From positions 68,270 to 132,269 of the forward strand of contig JAFAAL010000012.1 in NCBI GenBank assembly GCA_023426575.1: a stretch of DNA of 64,000 nucleotides, written 5' to 3'. Made by a program: the position numbers and the translations under genes. Position 1 is the stretch's first letter. Every line of letters starts with the position of its first letter. The DNA is from Bacillota bacterium. Its GTDB lineage: Bacteria; Bacillota; Clostridia; Saccharofermentanales; DTU023. Of the stretch, positions 1 through 9,710 are shown piece after piece. The notes under the pieces are model-generated. The model ran no database searches. It saw nothing but the letters and a program-made list of their open reading frames with translations, and was not told the origin of the DNA.

Positions 1-60
1 AAAAGCCACAAGAGCGAGCAGCAATAGCTGCCAGAATCGACCTCTTAATTTCTTATTCAT
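1..60 (-). CDS. 5' end of a CDS that runs off the window. The visible N-terminus is MNKKLRGRFWQLLLLALVAF (basic, then hydrophobic). Its position after rplS hints at signal peptidase I, but only 20 codons are visible.
   Basis: ATG at 60..58. An alternative in-frame TTG at 66..64 lies 5 nt after GGGAGG (77..72). The frame stays open to the window edge. Confidence 0.35.
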   Translation of the reverse strand, partial: MNKKLRGRFWQLLLLALVAF

Positions 61-82
61 TGGCAAGATTTCCTCCCATTGT

Positions 83-108
83 AAAAGGGAACGGCCAAAA
101 CCGTTCCC
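83..108 (-). terminator. Intrinsic terminator/attenuator after rplS
   Basis: Stem GGGAACGG (87..94) pairs with CCGTTCCC (101..108) around a 6-nt loop. A T-run follows on the minus strand (plus-strand A run 83..86). Confidence 0.6.
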
Positions 109-138
109 ATTCTCTGTCTTACGAAAACAAGCGCACGA

Positions 139-498
139 CTACTCCGCCTTCTTGGCGACGAGCTTCTCACGAATTTTCGTCTTCTTCCCGACGCGATCAC
201 GCAGATAATAGAGTTTGGCTCTGCGGACGCGACCCTTGCGGACGACCTCAATCGTCTCGATTCTGGGTGAATGGACAGGCAGAACACGTTCCACACCGAC
301 GCCATAAGAGACGCGGCGCACGGTAATCGTCTCATTGAGCCCACCACCGCGGCGGCCAATGACAGTTCCCTCATAGACCTGGACACGCTTTCTATCGCCT
401 TCACGAATCTGCAGATGAACTCTGACGTGATCGCCGATCTCGACATTCTCATACTGCTTGTTCATGTATTTAGCTTCAACAGCCTTAACTAAGTCCAT
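139..498 (-). CDS. rplS: 50S ribosomal protein bL19
   Basis: 119 aa with [23 protein letters not shown] and [18 protein letters not shown] lies upstream, and the gene follows rimM-trmD as expected. Confidence 0.97.
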   Translation of the reverse strand: MDLVKAVEAKYMNKQYENVEIGDHVRVHLQIREGDRKRVQVYEGTVIGRRGGGLNETITVRRVSYGVGVERVLPVHSPRIETIEVVRKGRVRRAKLYYLRDRVGKKTKIREKLVAKKAE

Positions 499-590
499 AT
501 TGCGTTTCCTCCTTTTCTTTCAGGCGTTCTTACACGCAATTGCAGCGGACCGCCCTTAATCAGCACTCGCAACTCTAACAGCTTTAGAGG

Positions 591-1340
591 CTATTTGTCA
601 AGCTCTGCGAGGGCTTTGAGCAATAATTCCCAATCTCTTTTGTCAAGTTCTGACTCAGCCAGAAGATCAGGTCTCTTCTGATAGGTCTGGAGCAGCTGTG
701 ACTGCCGACGGAAAGCTTGAATCTCGCGTTCGTTACCACTGAGCAAGACTGGGGGAACAGACAGCCCCTCCCAAGTCTGAGGGCGAGAATATTGAGATTC
801 CGCGAGCAGCGAGTCGCTGAAGCTCTCCTCCTGCCACGCCTCTGGATCAGGGAGGACGCCAGGAATAAGCCGGAGCACTGCATCGAGGATGGCCATAGCA
901 CAGATTTCACCACCGCTGAGTACAAAGTCGCCGAGGCTTATCTCTTCAGCCTGACAAGCTTCTAAGACGCGCTCATCGACCCCCTCGTAGTGACCACAGA
1001 GGATGACGAGACCTTCTTCGGCTGCCAGGTCGTGCGCAAGCTGCTGGTCAAAGCGCCTCCCTCTCGGTGAACAGTAAATGGTGCGCAGCGGCCGCTCTCT
1101 CTCAGCTTGACAGGCCTGCCAGGCTCGATGAATGGGTTCTGCCATCAAGAGCATGCCTCGGCCACCACCATAGACCTTATCATCAACTTGACCGTAGTCA
1201 TTGATGGCATAGTCTCTCAGCTGCACGAGATCAAGAGAGAAAATCTCCCGCGCCTGGGCGCGCCCCATCATTGAAGCATCCATATAGGCCTGGATCGTCT
1301 CAGGAAAGAGAGTGATGACTTTATATTCTTTTTGAGACAT
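591..1340 (-). CDS. trmD: tRNA (guanine37-N1)-methyltransferase
   Basis: 249 aa with the TrmD-type region YGGGRGMLLM; rimM-trmD-rplS order. Confidence 0.96.
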   Translation of the reverse strand: MSQKEYKVITLFPETIQAYMDASMMGRAQAREIFSLDLVQLRDYAINDYGQVDDKVYGGGRGMLLMAEPIHRAWQACQAERERPLRTIYCSPRGRRFDQQLAHDLAAEEGLVILCGHYEGVDERVLEACQAEEISLGDFVLSGGEICAMAILDAVLRLIPGVLPDPEAWQEESFSDSLLAESQYSRPQTWEGLSVPPVLLSGNEREIQAFRRQSQLLQTYQKRPDLLAESELDKRDWELLLKALAELDK

Positions 1341-1861
1341 CAGTCAAAGATCTCGACGAGGCCCTCGGGAAGCTCAAACTGTATGCTCCCTCCTATGAGA
1401 TCAACGTCTTGGAGCCAAATGCGATTGAGCGGGATGTATATTTTCTTGGCCGTGTCGCTCTCGACTTCGAGAAGATCGCGATGCCCCGTGCTCAGAACTT
1501 CTGTCACCTTGCCAAGCAAGGTCTCCCGATCGTAAACGGAGAGCCCGATGAGGTCACAGACATACCAACTGTTGGCGTCGAGCGTCTGCGCCTTTTCCCG
1601 GGGGACAGAGAGATAGAGCCCCTTGAGAGCCTCTGCCGCCTCGCGATCAGAACATTCGACAAAGGACAGAAAGACCTCGCGCCCTGCAGCACGTGCCTTG
1701 CGCACCTTGAGGGTTCTCAGAACCTGCCCGTTAGGATCCTCCAACTGACAGTCCCTGAGCGCCAAAAAGCGCTCGGGATCATCAGCGAATGAACGGATCT
1801 TGACTTCGCCTTTCAGACCGTGCGCCTTGGTGATCTGTCCGATGATCAGTTGTTCTTGCAT
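1340..1861 (-). CDS. rimM: 16S rRNA processing protein RimM
   Basis: 173 aa with N-terminal GQITKAHGLKGEVKI; lies between the KH-protein gene and trmD. Confidence 0.92.
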   Translation of the reverse strand: MQEQLIIGQITKAHGLKGEVKIRSFADDPERFLALRDCQLEDPNGQVLRTLKVRKARAAGREVFLSFVECSDREAAEALKGLYLSVPREKAQTLDANSWYVCDLIGLSVYDRETLLGKVTEVLSTGHRDLLEVESDTAKKIYIPLNRIWLQDVDLIGGSIQFELPEGLVEIFD

Positions 1862-2103
1862 TCGTCCAGAATATCAACGTAAATGCGATCGCCTGTCCGC
1901 ATGCCCTTGGCCTTCATAATCTGACGAATGGCCTGGGCTCTTCTGCCGCCACGACCGATGACTTGACCCATGTCGTCGGGATCAACGGTCACCTCGAGGG
2001 TGATGCCATTCTCGTTTTCACGGCGCTCAATCACAATGGCCTCGGGCTTGTCGACGAGGGCCTCTAAGATATGCTTTAACAGTTCTTCCATGGGCCTAGT
2101 CAA
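1846..2103 (-). CDS. khpA: KH-domain RNA-binding protein (YlqC/KhpA family)
   Basis: 85 aa with the KH GxxG loop [13 protein letters not shown]; sits in the rpsP-khpA-rimM position. Confidence 0.85.
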   Translation of the reverse strand: MTRPMEELLKHILEALVDKPEAIVIERRENENGITLEVTVDPDDMGQVIGRGGRRAQAIRQIMKAKGMRTGDRIYVDILDECKNN

Positions 2104-2341
2104 GAGCGCCTGCCTTCTTCATGATGGCTCTCACAGTCTCCGTAGGCTGAGCACCCTTCTTGACCCAGTCCTTGGCTTTTTCGCAGTCAAGCTTGATATC
2201 CGCAGGGTCTGTATTGGGGTTGTAATAACCGATCTCCTCAATGAAACGGCCATCCCGCGGGAAACGCGAATCTGCCACGACGATTCTGTAGTGGGCTTGC
2301 TTCTTCATACCGACTCTCTTCAGTCGAATTTTAACTGCCAT
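2096..2341 (-). CDS. rpsP: 30S ribosomal protein bS16
   Basis: 81 aa with [26 protein letters not shown]; GGAGG lies upstream. Confidence 0.97.
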   Translation of the reverse strand: MAVKIRLKRVGMKKQAHYRIVVADSRFPRDGRFIEEIGYYNPNTDPADIKLDCEKAKDWVKKGAQPTETVRAIMKKAGALD

Positions 2342-2377
2342 AATATCCTCCGTATGGTCTTCTATTTATCTCTAAGG

Positions 2378-3721
2378 TTAAAACGGGAGATCGTCAGCCC
2401 CGAAGAGGCGGGCCATCTGGCGTTTTTGTCCTTTAGACATCCTTTTGAATTTCTTCATCATCTTCTGCATCTCATTGAACTGCTTCAAGAGACGGTTGAC
2501 ATCTGCCACATCTTGTCCAGAGCCCTTGGCGATACGCTTGCGTCTGCTGGCATCCAAGAGTCTCGGATTGCGTCTCTCGGCCTCAGTCATACTCCGCAGG
2601 AGAGCCAGTTGTCGATCGACAATCTTATCGTCGACCTCAAGATCTTTGATCTGCTTGGCCCCAGGTAGAAATGAAATGATCTCCTGGAGGGGGCCTAATT
2701 TCTTCATTTGCTGAATCTGGTCCATCAGATCATTGAGATCAAAGGCATTGCGCTTAAGGCGATCATAGGCCTCCTGCGCCTTCTCCTCGTCGAGAGCCTG
2801 AGACGCCTTCTCAATCAGAGAGAGAACGTCGCCCATGCCGAGAATCCGTGAGGCCATGCGATCTGGATAGAACTCTTCAAACTCAGAGATCTTCTCCCCG
2901 ACGCCGATCATCTTGATAGGTTTCCCAGTGACCTTGCGAATAGAGAGGGCGGCACCACCACGAGCATCGCCGTCCAGCTTGGTCATGATGTAGCCATCGA
3001 CGCCGATTTCATTGTTAAAGTGCTCGGCGATATTGACGGCCTCTTGACCGATCATCGCATCGAGGACAAGGAGACGCTCGTGTGGTTTGACAAGCTCGTT
3101 GATCTCCTTGAGTTCTGCCATCAGTTCGGGATCCACCGTCATCCGGCCTGCCGTATCAACGATCAAGACATCACAGAGAAGGTAGCGAGCCCGATCCATC
3201 GCCTCTCTGGCAATTTCGACGGCCGAGGGTTCCTCAGGGTGAATGTAGTAATTGAGATCAGCCTGCTTGGCCAGAGTCGCCAGCTGTTCCTGGGCGGCAG
3301 GACGATGGACGTCGACCGAGGCCAAGAGGGGTTTCTTCCCCTGCTTTCTCAAGAAGACGCCGAGCTTTGCGGCCGTCGTCGTCTTCCCAGAACCCTGGAG
3401 TCCATAGAGCATAATAACTGTGAAGCCCGTCGGCGAAAAGCTGATCTTAGCCTGATCCGAGCCGAGGATTTCTATCAGTTCCTCATGGACGATTTTGACG
3501 ACTTGCTGGCCAGGAGTCAGACTCTTCATGACCTCCTGCCCGACACAGCGATCTGCAATATCCCTGACAAAGTCCTTGACGACTTGGTAGTTGACGTCAG
3601 CTTCGAGGAGGGCGAGGCGAATTTCACGTTGCATCTCCTTGAGATCTGCTTCGCTAATTCTCTGCTTACCCTTTATTTTCTCGCTGATCGCCGTCAGCTT
3701 ATCGCTCAGATTTTGCAGCAT
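2378..3721 (-). CDS. ffh: Signal recognition particle protein Ffh
   Basis: 447 aa with SRP GTPase motifs GLQGSGKTTT, DTAGR and TKLDGD, and a Met-rich C-terminal M domain. Confidence 0.98.
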   Translation of the reverse strand: MLQNLSDKLTAISEKIKGKQRISEADLKEMQREIRLALLEADVNYQVVKDFVRDIADRCVGQEVMKSLTPGQQVVKIVHEELIEILGSDQAKISFSPTGFTVIMLYGLQGSGKTTTAAKLGVFLRKQGKKPLLASVDVHRPAAQEQLATLAKQADLNYYIHPEEPSAVEIAREAMDRARYLLCDVLIVDTAGRMTVDPELMAELKEINELVKPHERLLVLDAMIGQEAVNIAEHFNNEIGVDGYIMTKLDGDARGGAALSIRKVTGKPIKMIGVGEKISEFEEFYPDRMASRILGMGDVLSLIEKASQALDEEKAQEAYDRLKRNAFDLNDLMDQIQQMKKLGPLQEIISFLPGAKQIKDLEVDDKIVDRQLALLRSMTEAERRNPRLLDASRRKRIAKGSGQDVADVNRLLKQFNEMQKMMKKFKRMSKGQKRQMARLFGADDLPF

Positions 3722-4079
3722 GGTCCTTATCCTCTAGACTAAAGAGCGCTCGCACGGCCTGAAGCACCGCCAGCGCTGATTCGGTTCGCCCGCCTCGGAT
3801 CTGCTCGATGAGCTTTTGCTCGAGATCGAGATACAACTCTGCCTTCTGTAGAAGGCCCAGCTGTAAATCAAAAGCATAGAGCCGATGGCAGCCCTGTTTG
3901 ACCTGGGCGTGAACGGCCTGTCGTGAGCAGCCCTCATTTTCAGCGATTTCGCTGAGGGTTAAATTATCTGTCAAATATGACGCGAGTGTCCGCCTCGTCT
4001 TCTCAGGCAGCAGTGGCCCGTAATAGGAGAAGAGCTGACCGAGCTCGACGTATTTTTCCAATTGATCTTGTGCCTGCAT
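3699..4079 (-). CDS. ylxM: YlxM/p13-like helix-turn-helix protein (UPF0122)
   Basis: 126 aa with HTH LTLSEIAENEGCSRQAV; overlaps the ffh start, as in Firmicutes. Confidence 0.85.
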   Translation of the reverse strand: MQAQDQLEKYVELGQLFSYYGPLLPEKTRRTLASYLTDNLTLSEIAENEGCSRQAVHAQVKQGCHRLYAFDLQLGLLQKAELYLDLEQKLIEQIRGGRTESALAVLQAVRALFSLEDKDHAAKSER

Positions 4080-4087
4080 CGCTAGGA

Positions 4088-4116
4088 ATCATAACGGCCT
4101 AAAAAGGATCTGTCAA
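4088..4116 (-). promoter_or_regulatory. Sigma-70-type promoter for ylxM-ffh
   Basis: Minus-strand TTGACA (4116..4111), a 17-nt spacer, then TATGAT (4093..4088). The ATG at 4079 is only 8 nt past the -10, and no Shine-Dalgarno sequence lies between. Confidence 0.55.
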
Positions 4117-4132
4117 GACTCCACCTTGACAG
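4101..4132 (-). terminator. Intrinsic terminator after ftsY
   Basis: CTGTCAAG (4110..4117) pairs with CTTGACAG (4125..4132) around a 7-nt loop. A T-run follows on the minus strand (plus-strand A run 4101..4105). Confidence 0.65.
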
Positions 4133-4134
4133 AG

Positions 4135-5070
4135 TTAGTCCTGTTTTGCCAGGGCCTCAACATCTGGCAGGAGCGAGTCGACAAATAGTTCTGGATCAAA
4201 GTCTTGGAGGTCATCGATATCTTCTCCGAGCCCGACCAAAATAATGGGCAGATGTGATGAATGAGCGAGCGCGAGCGCTATTCCCCCCTTGGAGTTGCCG
4301 TCGAGCTTTGTCATGATCAGGGCTGACAAGAGCGTCACCTTGGCAAATTCTTCAGCTTGAACCAAGGCATTCTGGCCCGTCGTCGCATCAACTGAGAGCA
4401 GTGACTCGACACGCGCATTCGGCGCCTCACGGCTGATCACGCGATGAATTTTGCCCAATTCATCCATGAGATTTTGCTTGTTGTGCAGACGCCCCGCCGT
4501 ATCGATAATCAAGAGATTCGACTGCCGTGCCTTGGCGGCCTGGATGGCATCGTAGACAATGGCTGCTGGGTCATGTCCCGTCTCAGAGGCGACAACAGGC
4601 ACCCCCGCTCTCTGCCCCCAAGCTTGCAACTGCTCGATGGCTGCGGCCCTAAAAGTGTCTGCCGCCGCCATGATCACCTTGAGTCCCTCTTCTTTATAGC
4701 GATGGGCCAGCTTACCAGCACTCGTCGTCTTGCCAGTGCCGTTGACCCCAATGAGCAATAAGATGTTGAATTCTTCTGGGCGGAGGCGAAGACTCTGTCT
4801 TGGTCCTAAGATCTCGAGCATGCCAGCCTTGAGAGAGGCAATGACCGAGGCCGTATCATTTTTACCCGTCTGCCTGACATCCTCACGCACTCTCTCGAGC
4901 AATTTATCAGCAACGGGGGCCGAGACGTCTGAGCGAATGAGGAGCATTTCCAATTCTTCTAGTTGTTCTTCATCAAAGTAGCCCAAATTAGCGGCAATCT
5001 TATTGAGATTGTCCGTAAAAAAATCTCTTGTCTTCGTCAATCCTGTCTTAAACTTGTCAAAAATACTCAT
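4135..5070 (-). CDS. ftsY: Signal recognition particle receptor FtsY
   Basis: GTPase motifs GVNGTGKTT, DTAGR and TKLDG. The ORF is trimmed to ATG 5070 (MSIFDKFKTGL), which has GGAGG 6 nt upstream. The longer ORF would overlap the smc 3' end. Confidence 0.95.
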   Translation of the reverse strand: MSIFDKFKTGLTKTRDFFTDNLNKIAANLGYFDEEQLEELEMLLIRSDVSAPVADKLLERVREDVRQTGKNDTASVIASLKAGMLEILGPRQSLRLRPEEFNILLLIGVNGTGKTTSAGKLAHRYKEEGLKVIMAAADTFRAAAIEQLQAWGQRAGVPVVASETGHDPAAIVYDAIQAAKARQSNLLIIDTAGRLHNKQNLMDELGKIHRVISREAPNARVESLLSVDATTGQNALVQAEEFAKVTLLSALIMTKLDGNSKGGIALALAHSSHLPIILVGLGEDIDDLQDFDPELFVDSLLPDVEALAKQD

Positions 5071-5083
5071 AGTAATCCTCCAT

Positions 5084-8000
5084 TTAATTGAGATAGGGGG
5101 CGCGATCGAGACTCTCGGGCTCGAGGGAGAGCAAGTGCGAGACCCCGCGCTCACGCATGCTGACGCCGTAGAGACGCTCAGCCACGGCCATCGTGTTCTT
5201 GCGGTGCGTGATCAGGATAAACTGCGTCTTATCGATGTAGCGCCGTAAATAGGCCGTAAAACGATCGATATTGGCCTCGTCGAGAGCAGATTCAACTTCG
5301 TCCAGAATCGCAAAGGGCGCCGGCCGCAGTTTAAAGAGCGCAAAGAGAACGGCGATAGCCGTCAATGCGCGCTCACCTCCCGACAGGAGCGAAAGATTTT
5401 GCAGTTTCTTACCTGGCGGCTGAGCCTTAATTTCAATGGGCGAGTCGAGGTCCTCTGGATCGAGCAAGACGAGGTCGGCGCTTCCTCCTTGGAACAGTTC
5501 GGCAAATACTTCGGCAAAAGCCACACGTAGATTCTCAAACTCATGATTGAAGCGCTCGAGCATCTTAAGTTCAAGATCTTGGATGAGCCCTTCGACTTCT
5601 CTTTGACTTTTTTCAAGATCCGCATGTTGTTGCTCGAGAAAGTTGACCCGCTCTTGAAGTTCGATAAAGTCGCGGTCAGCACCTGCTTGAATCTCGCCGA
5701 GTTCCTTGATCTCTTGCCGCAGTCGATTGACGTCGCGCCGGCTGACCTCTTGCGGCGCCTCCAGCTTTTGCACCTCGGCGAGAACTTCCTGCCAAGAGAG
5801 CTCGTACTGCTCCCAGAGACGATTCTTCTCACTCTGGAGCGTCTGAATACGGCGCTCCCTTTGCGCCTCTGCCCGTGTCATCTGCAGGGCAATCTCCTGA
5901 CGCTGACTCTGGAGAGCAGAGCTCATCTGATAGAGTTCTTCGCGCTTCGCAAGAAGAGCTTTTAGGCTCTCTTCTAAAACTTCCTGCGCCGCCTGTCTCT
6001 TACTGTGCTCAGTCTGATACGCCAATATCTTGATCTTGCTCTCTTCTCGCTCTCTCTCTAGACCGATCAGGCGCTCCTCCATGATTTTAAGTTCTTGAGA
6101 CTTCGTCTCGAGATCGTGACGACTTTTCGCCAGGCGCTCAGCATACTGTGTCTGCACTGATTGGCGCTCTTGCAGGGCAGACTTTGACTCCAAGAAGCGA
6201 CTGTTTTCTTCCTGATACCGGAGTTCTGCCTGGCGGAGCTGCGCCCTCGCGGCACTCAGTTGAGCCTCGAGTTCTGGCCAGCTCTCCCGCGCCTGCTCAT
6301 ATTTTTCTGCGAGAATCTCCAGTTCTGACTCCAGGCGATCCAAGTTTTCCTGGAGAGCCTCTTCCGCTCCAGCCTCGGCCTCGCTCAGGGTCTGAGATTC
6401 GCGCTGCTGATACATTTCCTTGAGACGTGTCTCCAATATGACGATCTCTCGACGCCTGACTTCCTCATCTTCCTGACAGATCGTGAGGGTATGACTTTTA
6501 GATGCAAGATCAGCATCATTTGCCTCTTGCTCGGCCGTGAGAACTTCTAGGCGCAGTTGCAGTTCCTCAAGTTCTCGCTCTGCGGCGTGCAGCGCATTCC
6601 GACGAGCGAGAAGGTCCCAGTTCCTGCCGCTTTCTATCCCACCCGTGACCGAGCCGCTGGGGTGCAAGAGTTCGCCTGCGAGGGTCACGAGGCGCCAGCG
6701 GCGGTGACCTGCACTCTGGAGAGCCAGCGCGGCGGGGAGGTCCTCAACGAGCACTATGCGGCCCAAGATATCATCAACAATGCCACGATATCTCGAGTCG
6801 CAGTTGACATAGGTAGAAAGAACGCCGAGGACCGACGCCTCTCCTCTGAGATCCGTGGGAAGATCAATAGCCGCTTGACCTTGAAAATGATCTAAGGGGA
6901 TAAATGTCTCTCGCCCAGCTCGTTGCTCCTTCAGCCAGTCGATAAGCCGGCTGGCCTCAGCCTTGCTCTCCACAACGAGGTAGTGGATCGCAGCTCCCAA
7001 GGCCCTCTCCACGGCTTGCTCATAGCTGGAATCGACCTCAATCAGTTGCCCAAGAGGCCCAATCAGCCCACGTAGCAAATCTGCTTCCTTTTCACTGGCT
7101 TGTCGGAGACGTTTATAAGCCTGCCGATATCCTTGAAATTCACGCTCCGCATTCTGGAGCAAAGTGAGACTGATTTCGGCTTCCTGCGCCGAGCGACGAG
7201 CCTCTCGAATGTCGCCAAATAGAGCTGTGGCGCGCTCCTCAGATTTCCGCTTGGCCTCCCGAGCTTTCTCCAGAGCGACTTCTGCCCCTAGACGCACTTG
7301 CTCGAGTTCTTTTTTCTCCCCTTCTAATTCAGCAATCTGAAGATCAATTTGGCTTCTTTTTTCTCGATCTTGGCGTGATTGCTCCTGCCGGGATAGAACC
7401 TTGGCCCGCAGTTCTGCGCGACTTTCAAATAATTTGAGACGTTCATCTTGTAACTTGGCGATCTGGCGCTGGACTTCCGTCGCTTCAAATTCTGCCTCAA
7501 TCTCGGCATCCCGCGCCAAGTCAAGAGCTTTATGAGTCGCCCCTAAGTCCCTCTCCAAAAGGCGCAGCTTTTCTTCATCCGCCGAAAAATCGACAGGCTC
7601 TACCGGCTGCGCCAAGACTGCCTCATAATCTGACTGGAGTCTTGTCAGCTCCGTCTGGAGGCGGTCGATATCACGCTTATAGAGCTCGGCTGTAGTCCTC
7701 AATCGAACTTCTAATTCCTGTAATTCGGCACCTTGGGCTCGATCCTCAATCTCTTGACGTCGCGAGCTCTCGAGGCGCTCTTCGAGCTCTTCTCGCTCAC
7801 TCGCTCCTACGGCAAGGCGCTGCTGACAATCCTTGACTTGTCGATCGACTGCGTCCAGGTCATTTTGATAGGTCGACAACTGCTCTTCAATCGCCTCGAT
7901 CTCAGCTTGACTGCGGCTTGCATCCGACACTGCCAAGCTCAAATCGAGCCGCTTCAGCTCCTTCTCCAGTTCGCGATAGATCTTAAGCTTCTCAGCGGCT

Positions 8001-8617
8001 TCGGAGAGGGGTTCGTAGCGCTCGCGCAAAATAGTCAAAGCGTCGGCCGAGCGATTCAAATTCTCGCGGCTCTCGACGAGTCTTCGCATGGCCTCCTTAC
8101 GCCGGAGTTTCAACTTGACAATCCCCGCGGCCTCATCGAAAATCTTGCGTCTCTCATCCCCCTGCTCATGGAGGAGCTCATCGACTTTACCCTGGGAAAT
8201 AAAAGAATATCCCTTCTTCCCGATTCCAGTATCAGCAAAGAGCTCAGAGATATCCTTGAGTCGGACGAGCTCTCCATTGAGAAGGTATTCACTGTCGCCA
8301 CTGCGATAGTAACGTCGGGTGACCGTCAGGGCATCCGTCCCGAGTCCCAGGTGCATGACACCCTTAAAATCCAAGCTGACCTCGGCAAAACCGAGACGCT
8401 GTCGACTCTGCGTCCCATTAAAGATGACATCTTGCATCGAGTCGCCGCGCAGACTCCTGGCACTCTGCTCGCCGAGAACCCAGCGCACGGCCTCAGACAC
8501 ATTCGACTTACCGCTGCCATTAGGTCCTACGATAGCCGTAATCCCAGGTCTAAACTCAATTTTGACCCGGTCCGGAAATGACTTGAACCCCTGAATTGTC
8601 AGCGCTTCAATATGCAC
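5084..8617 (-). CDS. smc: Chromosome partition protein SMC
   Basis: 1177 aa with Walker A GPNGSGKSN, long coiled coils and a hinge, then a C-terminal LSGGE signature and Walker B ILDEVE; rnc-smc-ftsY order. Confidence 0.97.
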   Translation of the reverse strand: MHIEALTIQGFKSFPDRVKIEFRPGITAIVGPNGSGKSNVSEAVRWVLGEQSARSLRGDSMQDVIFNGTQSRQRLGFAEVSLDFKGVMHLGLGTDALTVTRRYYRSGDSEYLLNGELVRLKDISELFADTGIGKKGYSFISQGKVDELLHEQGDERRKIFDEAAGIVKLKLRRKEAMRRLVESRENLNRSADALTILRERYEPLSEAAEKLKIYRELEKELKRLDLSLAVSDASRSQAEIEAIEEQLSTYQNDLDAVDRQVKDCQQRLAVGASEREELEERLESSRRQEIEDRAQGAELQELEVRLRTTAELYKRDIDRLQTELTRLQSDYEAVLAQPVEPVDFSADEEKLRLLERDLGATHKALDLARDAEIEAEFEATEVQRQIAKLQDERLKLFESRAELRAKVLSRQEQSRQDREKRSQIDLQIAELEGEKKELEQVRLGAEVALEKAREAKRKSEERATALFGDIREARRSAQEAEISLTLLQNAEREFQGYRQAYKRLRQASEKEADLLRGLIGPLGQLIEVDSSYEQAVERALGAAIHYLVVESKAEASRLIDWLKEQRAGRETFIPLDHFQGQAAIDLPTDLRGEASVLGVLSTYVNCDSRYRGIVDDILGRIVLVEDLPAALALQSAGHRRWRLVTLAGELLHPSGSVTGGIESGRNWDLLARRNALHAAERELEELQLRLEVLTAEQEANDADLASKSHTLTICQEDEEVRRREIVILETRLKEMYQQRESQTLSEAEAGAEEALQENLDRLESELEILAEKYEQARESWPELEAQLSAARAQLRQAELRYQEENSRFLESKSALQERQSVQTQYAERLAKSRHDLETKSQELKIMEERLIGLEREREESKIKILAYQTEHSKRQAAQEVLEESLKALLAKREELYQMSSALQSQRQEIALQMTRAEAQRERRIQTLQSEKNRLWEQYELSWQEVLAEVQKLEAPQEVSRRDVNRLRQEIKELGEIQAGADRDFIELQERVNFLEQQHADLEKSQREVEGLIQDLELKMLERFNHEFENLRVAFAEVFAELFQGGSADLVLLDPEDLDSPIEIKAQPPGKKLQNLSLLSGGERALTAIAVLFALFKLRPAPFAILDEVESALDEANIDRFTAYLRRYIDKTQFILITHRKNTMAVAERLYGVSMRERGVSHLLSLEPESLDRAPYLN

Positions 8618-8619
8618 GC

Positions 8620-9366
8620 CTAAGACATCTCCATCTTTTTAATTTTGGCCAAAGCCTCAGAGGCAGCCAATTGTTCAGCTCGCTTCTTACTCCCCGCTTC
8701 GCCGACCGCCAGTTCCGTACCACGATAGATGACGCGTGCCTTGAAGAGCGGCTTGTGGGCTGGTCCTCCCGTCTGAAAGACCTCAAAACTCACGCCCTCC
8801 ACATCGTGACGCGATTGAAAATATTCGAGCAGACGACTCTTATAGTCATCGACCAGTTCACCCGCCATCGCCTGGCGACTTAACTTGGCAAGACGTGGCG
8901 CCAACCAAGCGGCTGCAGCCATCAGGCCAAGATTGAGGTAGATCGCCGCCAAAACAGCTTCAAAGGCATCGCTGAGATTTGAATCCTTGTCACGACCGCC
9001 CCCCTGCTCCTCACCATGACCCAAGAAGAGGTAGCTGCCGAGTTTCATATCTCTAGCAAGCTGCGCAAGACTCTCCTCACGCACCATGCTGGCGCGTAAT
9101 TTTGTCATATCCCCCTCGGGAAAAGACTTGGGATCATGATAGATATAATCTGAGACAAGGAGCTCGAGGACCGCATCGCCTAAAAACTCTAAACGCTCAT
9201 AGTCACGGCTATGATTACGCTCATAGCCATAGCTCGGATGCGTCAGAGCCAGATGCATCAGCTCTGGCCACTGCAAATTTAAATTTTCCTGGCGACAAAA
9301 TTTGAGGACGAGAGGGTGAACCCTCTCTGTCCCCTGATTCTGCTGTAATTTGTGTTTTTTAGGCAC
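8620..9366 (-). CDS. rnc: Ribonuclease III
   Basis: 248 aa with the RNase III signature ERLEFLGDAVLEL and a C-terminal dsRBD. The GTG start directly abuts the acpP stop (TAGGTG) and has no SD. Confidence 0.93.
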   Translation of the reverse strand: MPKKHKLQQNQGTERVHPLVLKFCRQENLNLQWPELMHLALTHPSYGYERNHSRDYERLEFLGDAVLELLVSDYIYHDPKSFPEGDMTKLRASMVREESLAQLARDMKLGSYLFLGHGEEQGGGRDKDSNLSDAFEAVLAAIYLNLGLMAAAAWLAPRLAKLSRQAMAGELVDDYKSRLLEYFQSRHDVEGVSFEVFQTGGPAHKPLFKARVIYRGTELAVGEAGSKKRAEQLAASEALAKIKKMEMS

Positions 9367-9606
9367 CTAGATATTGTTGGCGATATAATTGACGGCATCG
9401 CCCACAGTCTTGATGCGCTCGGCCTCTTCATCGGGAATGGAGAGATCGAACTCGTGCTCCATTTCGACAATCATATCGACGATGTCGAGAGAGTCGGCAT
9501 TCAGATCATCGATGAAGTTGGAATCCATGGTAATTCTCTCAGCATCGATGCCGAGTTCCTCGGACAGCATGGAACGAACTTTTTCAAAGATTTTTTCCTG
9601 TGACAC
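9367..9606 (-). CDS. acpP: Acyl carrier protein
   Basis: Phosphopantetheine site [16 protein letters not shown]. Trimmed to GTG 9606, which lies 5 nt after AAGGAGG (9618..9612). Confidence 0.92.
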   Translation of the reverse strand: MSQEKIFEKVRSMLSEELGIDAERITMDSNFIDDLNADSLDIVDMIVEMEHEFDLSIPDEEAERIKTVGDAVNYIANNI

Positions 9607-9661
9607 AGTAACCTCCTTGTGATTTGCAGTGTGCAAAATCTCTTTAATTCTTTGTGCTCGC

Positions 9662-9690
9662 ATAGTAAATGTCAAGCTCAGCAAAGTCAA
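9662..9690 (-). promoter_or_regulatory. Candidate promoter for acpP-rnc-smc
   Basis: Minus-strand TTGACT (9690..9685), a 17-nt spacer, then TACTAT (9667..9662). A second overlapping TTGACA sits at 9675..9670. Confidence 0.4.
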
Positions 9691-9710
9691 GTTATAGTAA
9701 CCAGATGCGC

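Noticed and set aside
499-590. An L19 (rplS) autoregulatory leader.
   Set aside because: Only two short hairpins are present (CTCTAA/TTAGAG and GCGT/ACGC), and I cannot match them to the known Bacillus L19 leader from memory. This needs an Rfam scan.
5071-5154. A longer FtsY N-terminus (MSAGSRTCSPSS...).
   Set aside because: It would overlap the smc 3' end by 71 nt, lacks an SD, and is a Ser/Pro/Arg-rich out-of-family sequence. ATG 5070 has GGAGG at proper spacing.
7733-8581. Long ORFs antisense to real genes. Examples are 7733..8581 (282 aa, opposite smc), 44545..45330 (261 aa, opposite recN/argR), 40887..41633, 3020..3742, 1970..2668, 19216..19932 and 20218..20838.
   Set aside because: Each lies fully inside, and antisense to, a gene with unmistakable family motifs. 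Some span gene boundaries. Their translations are Ser/Arg/Leu-rich low-information sequence typical of antisense frames in moderately GC-rich DNA. None has an SD or promoter.
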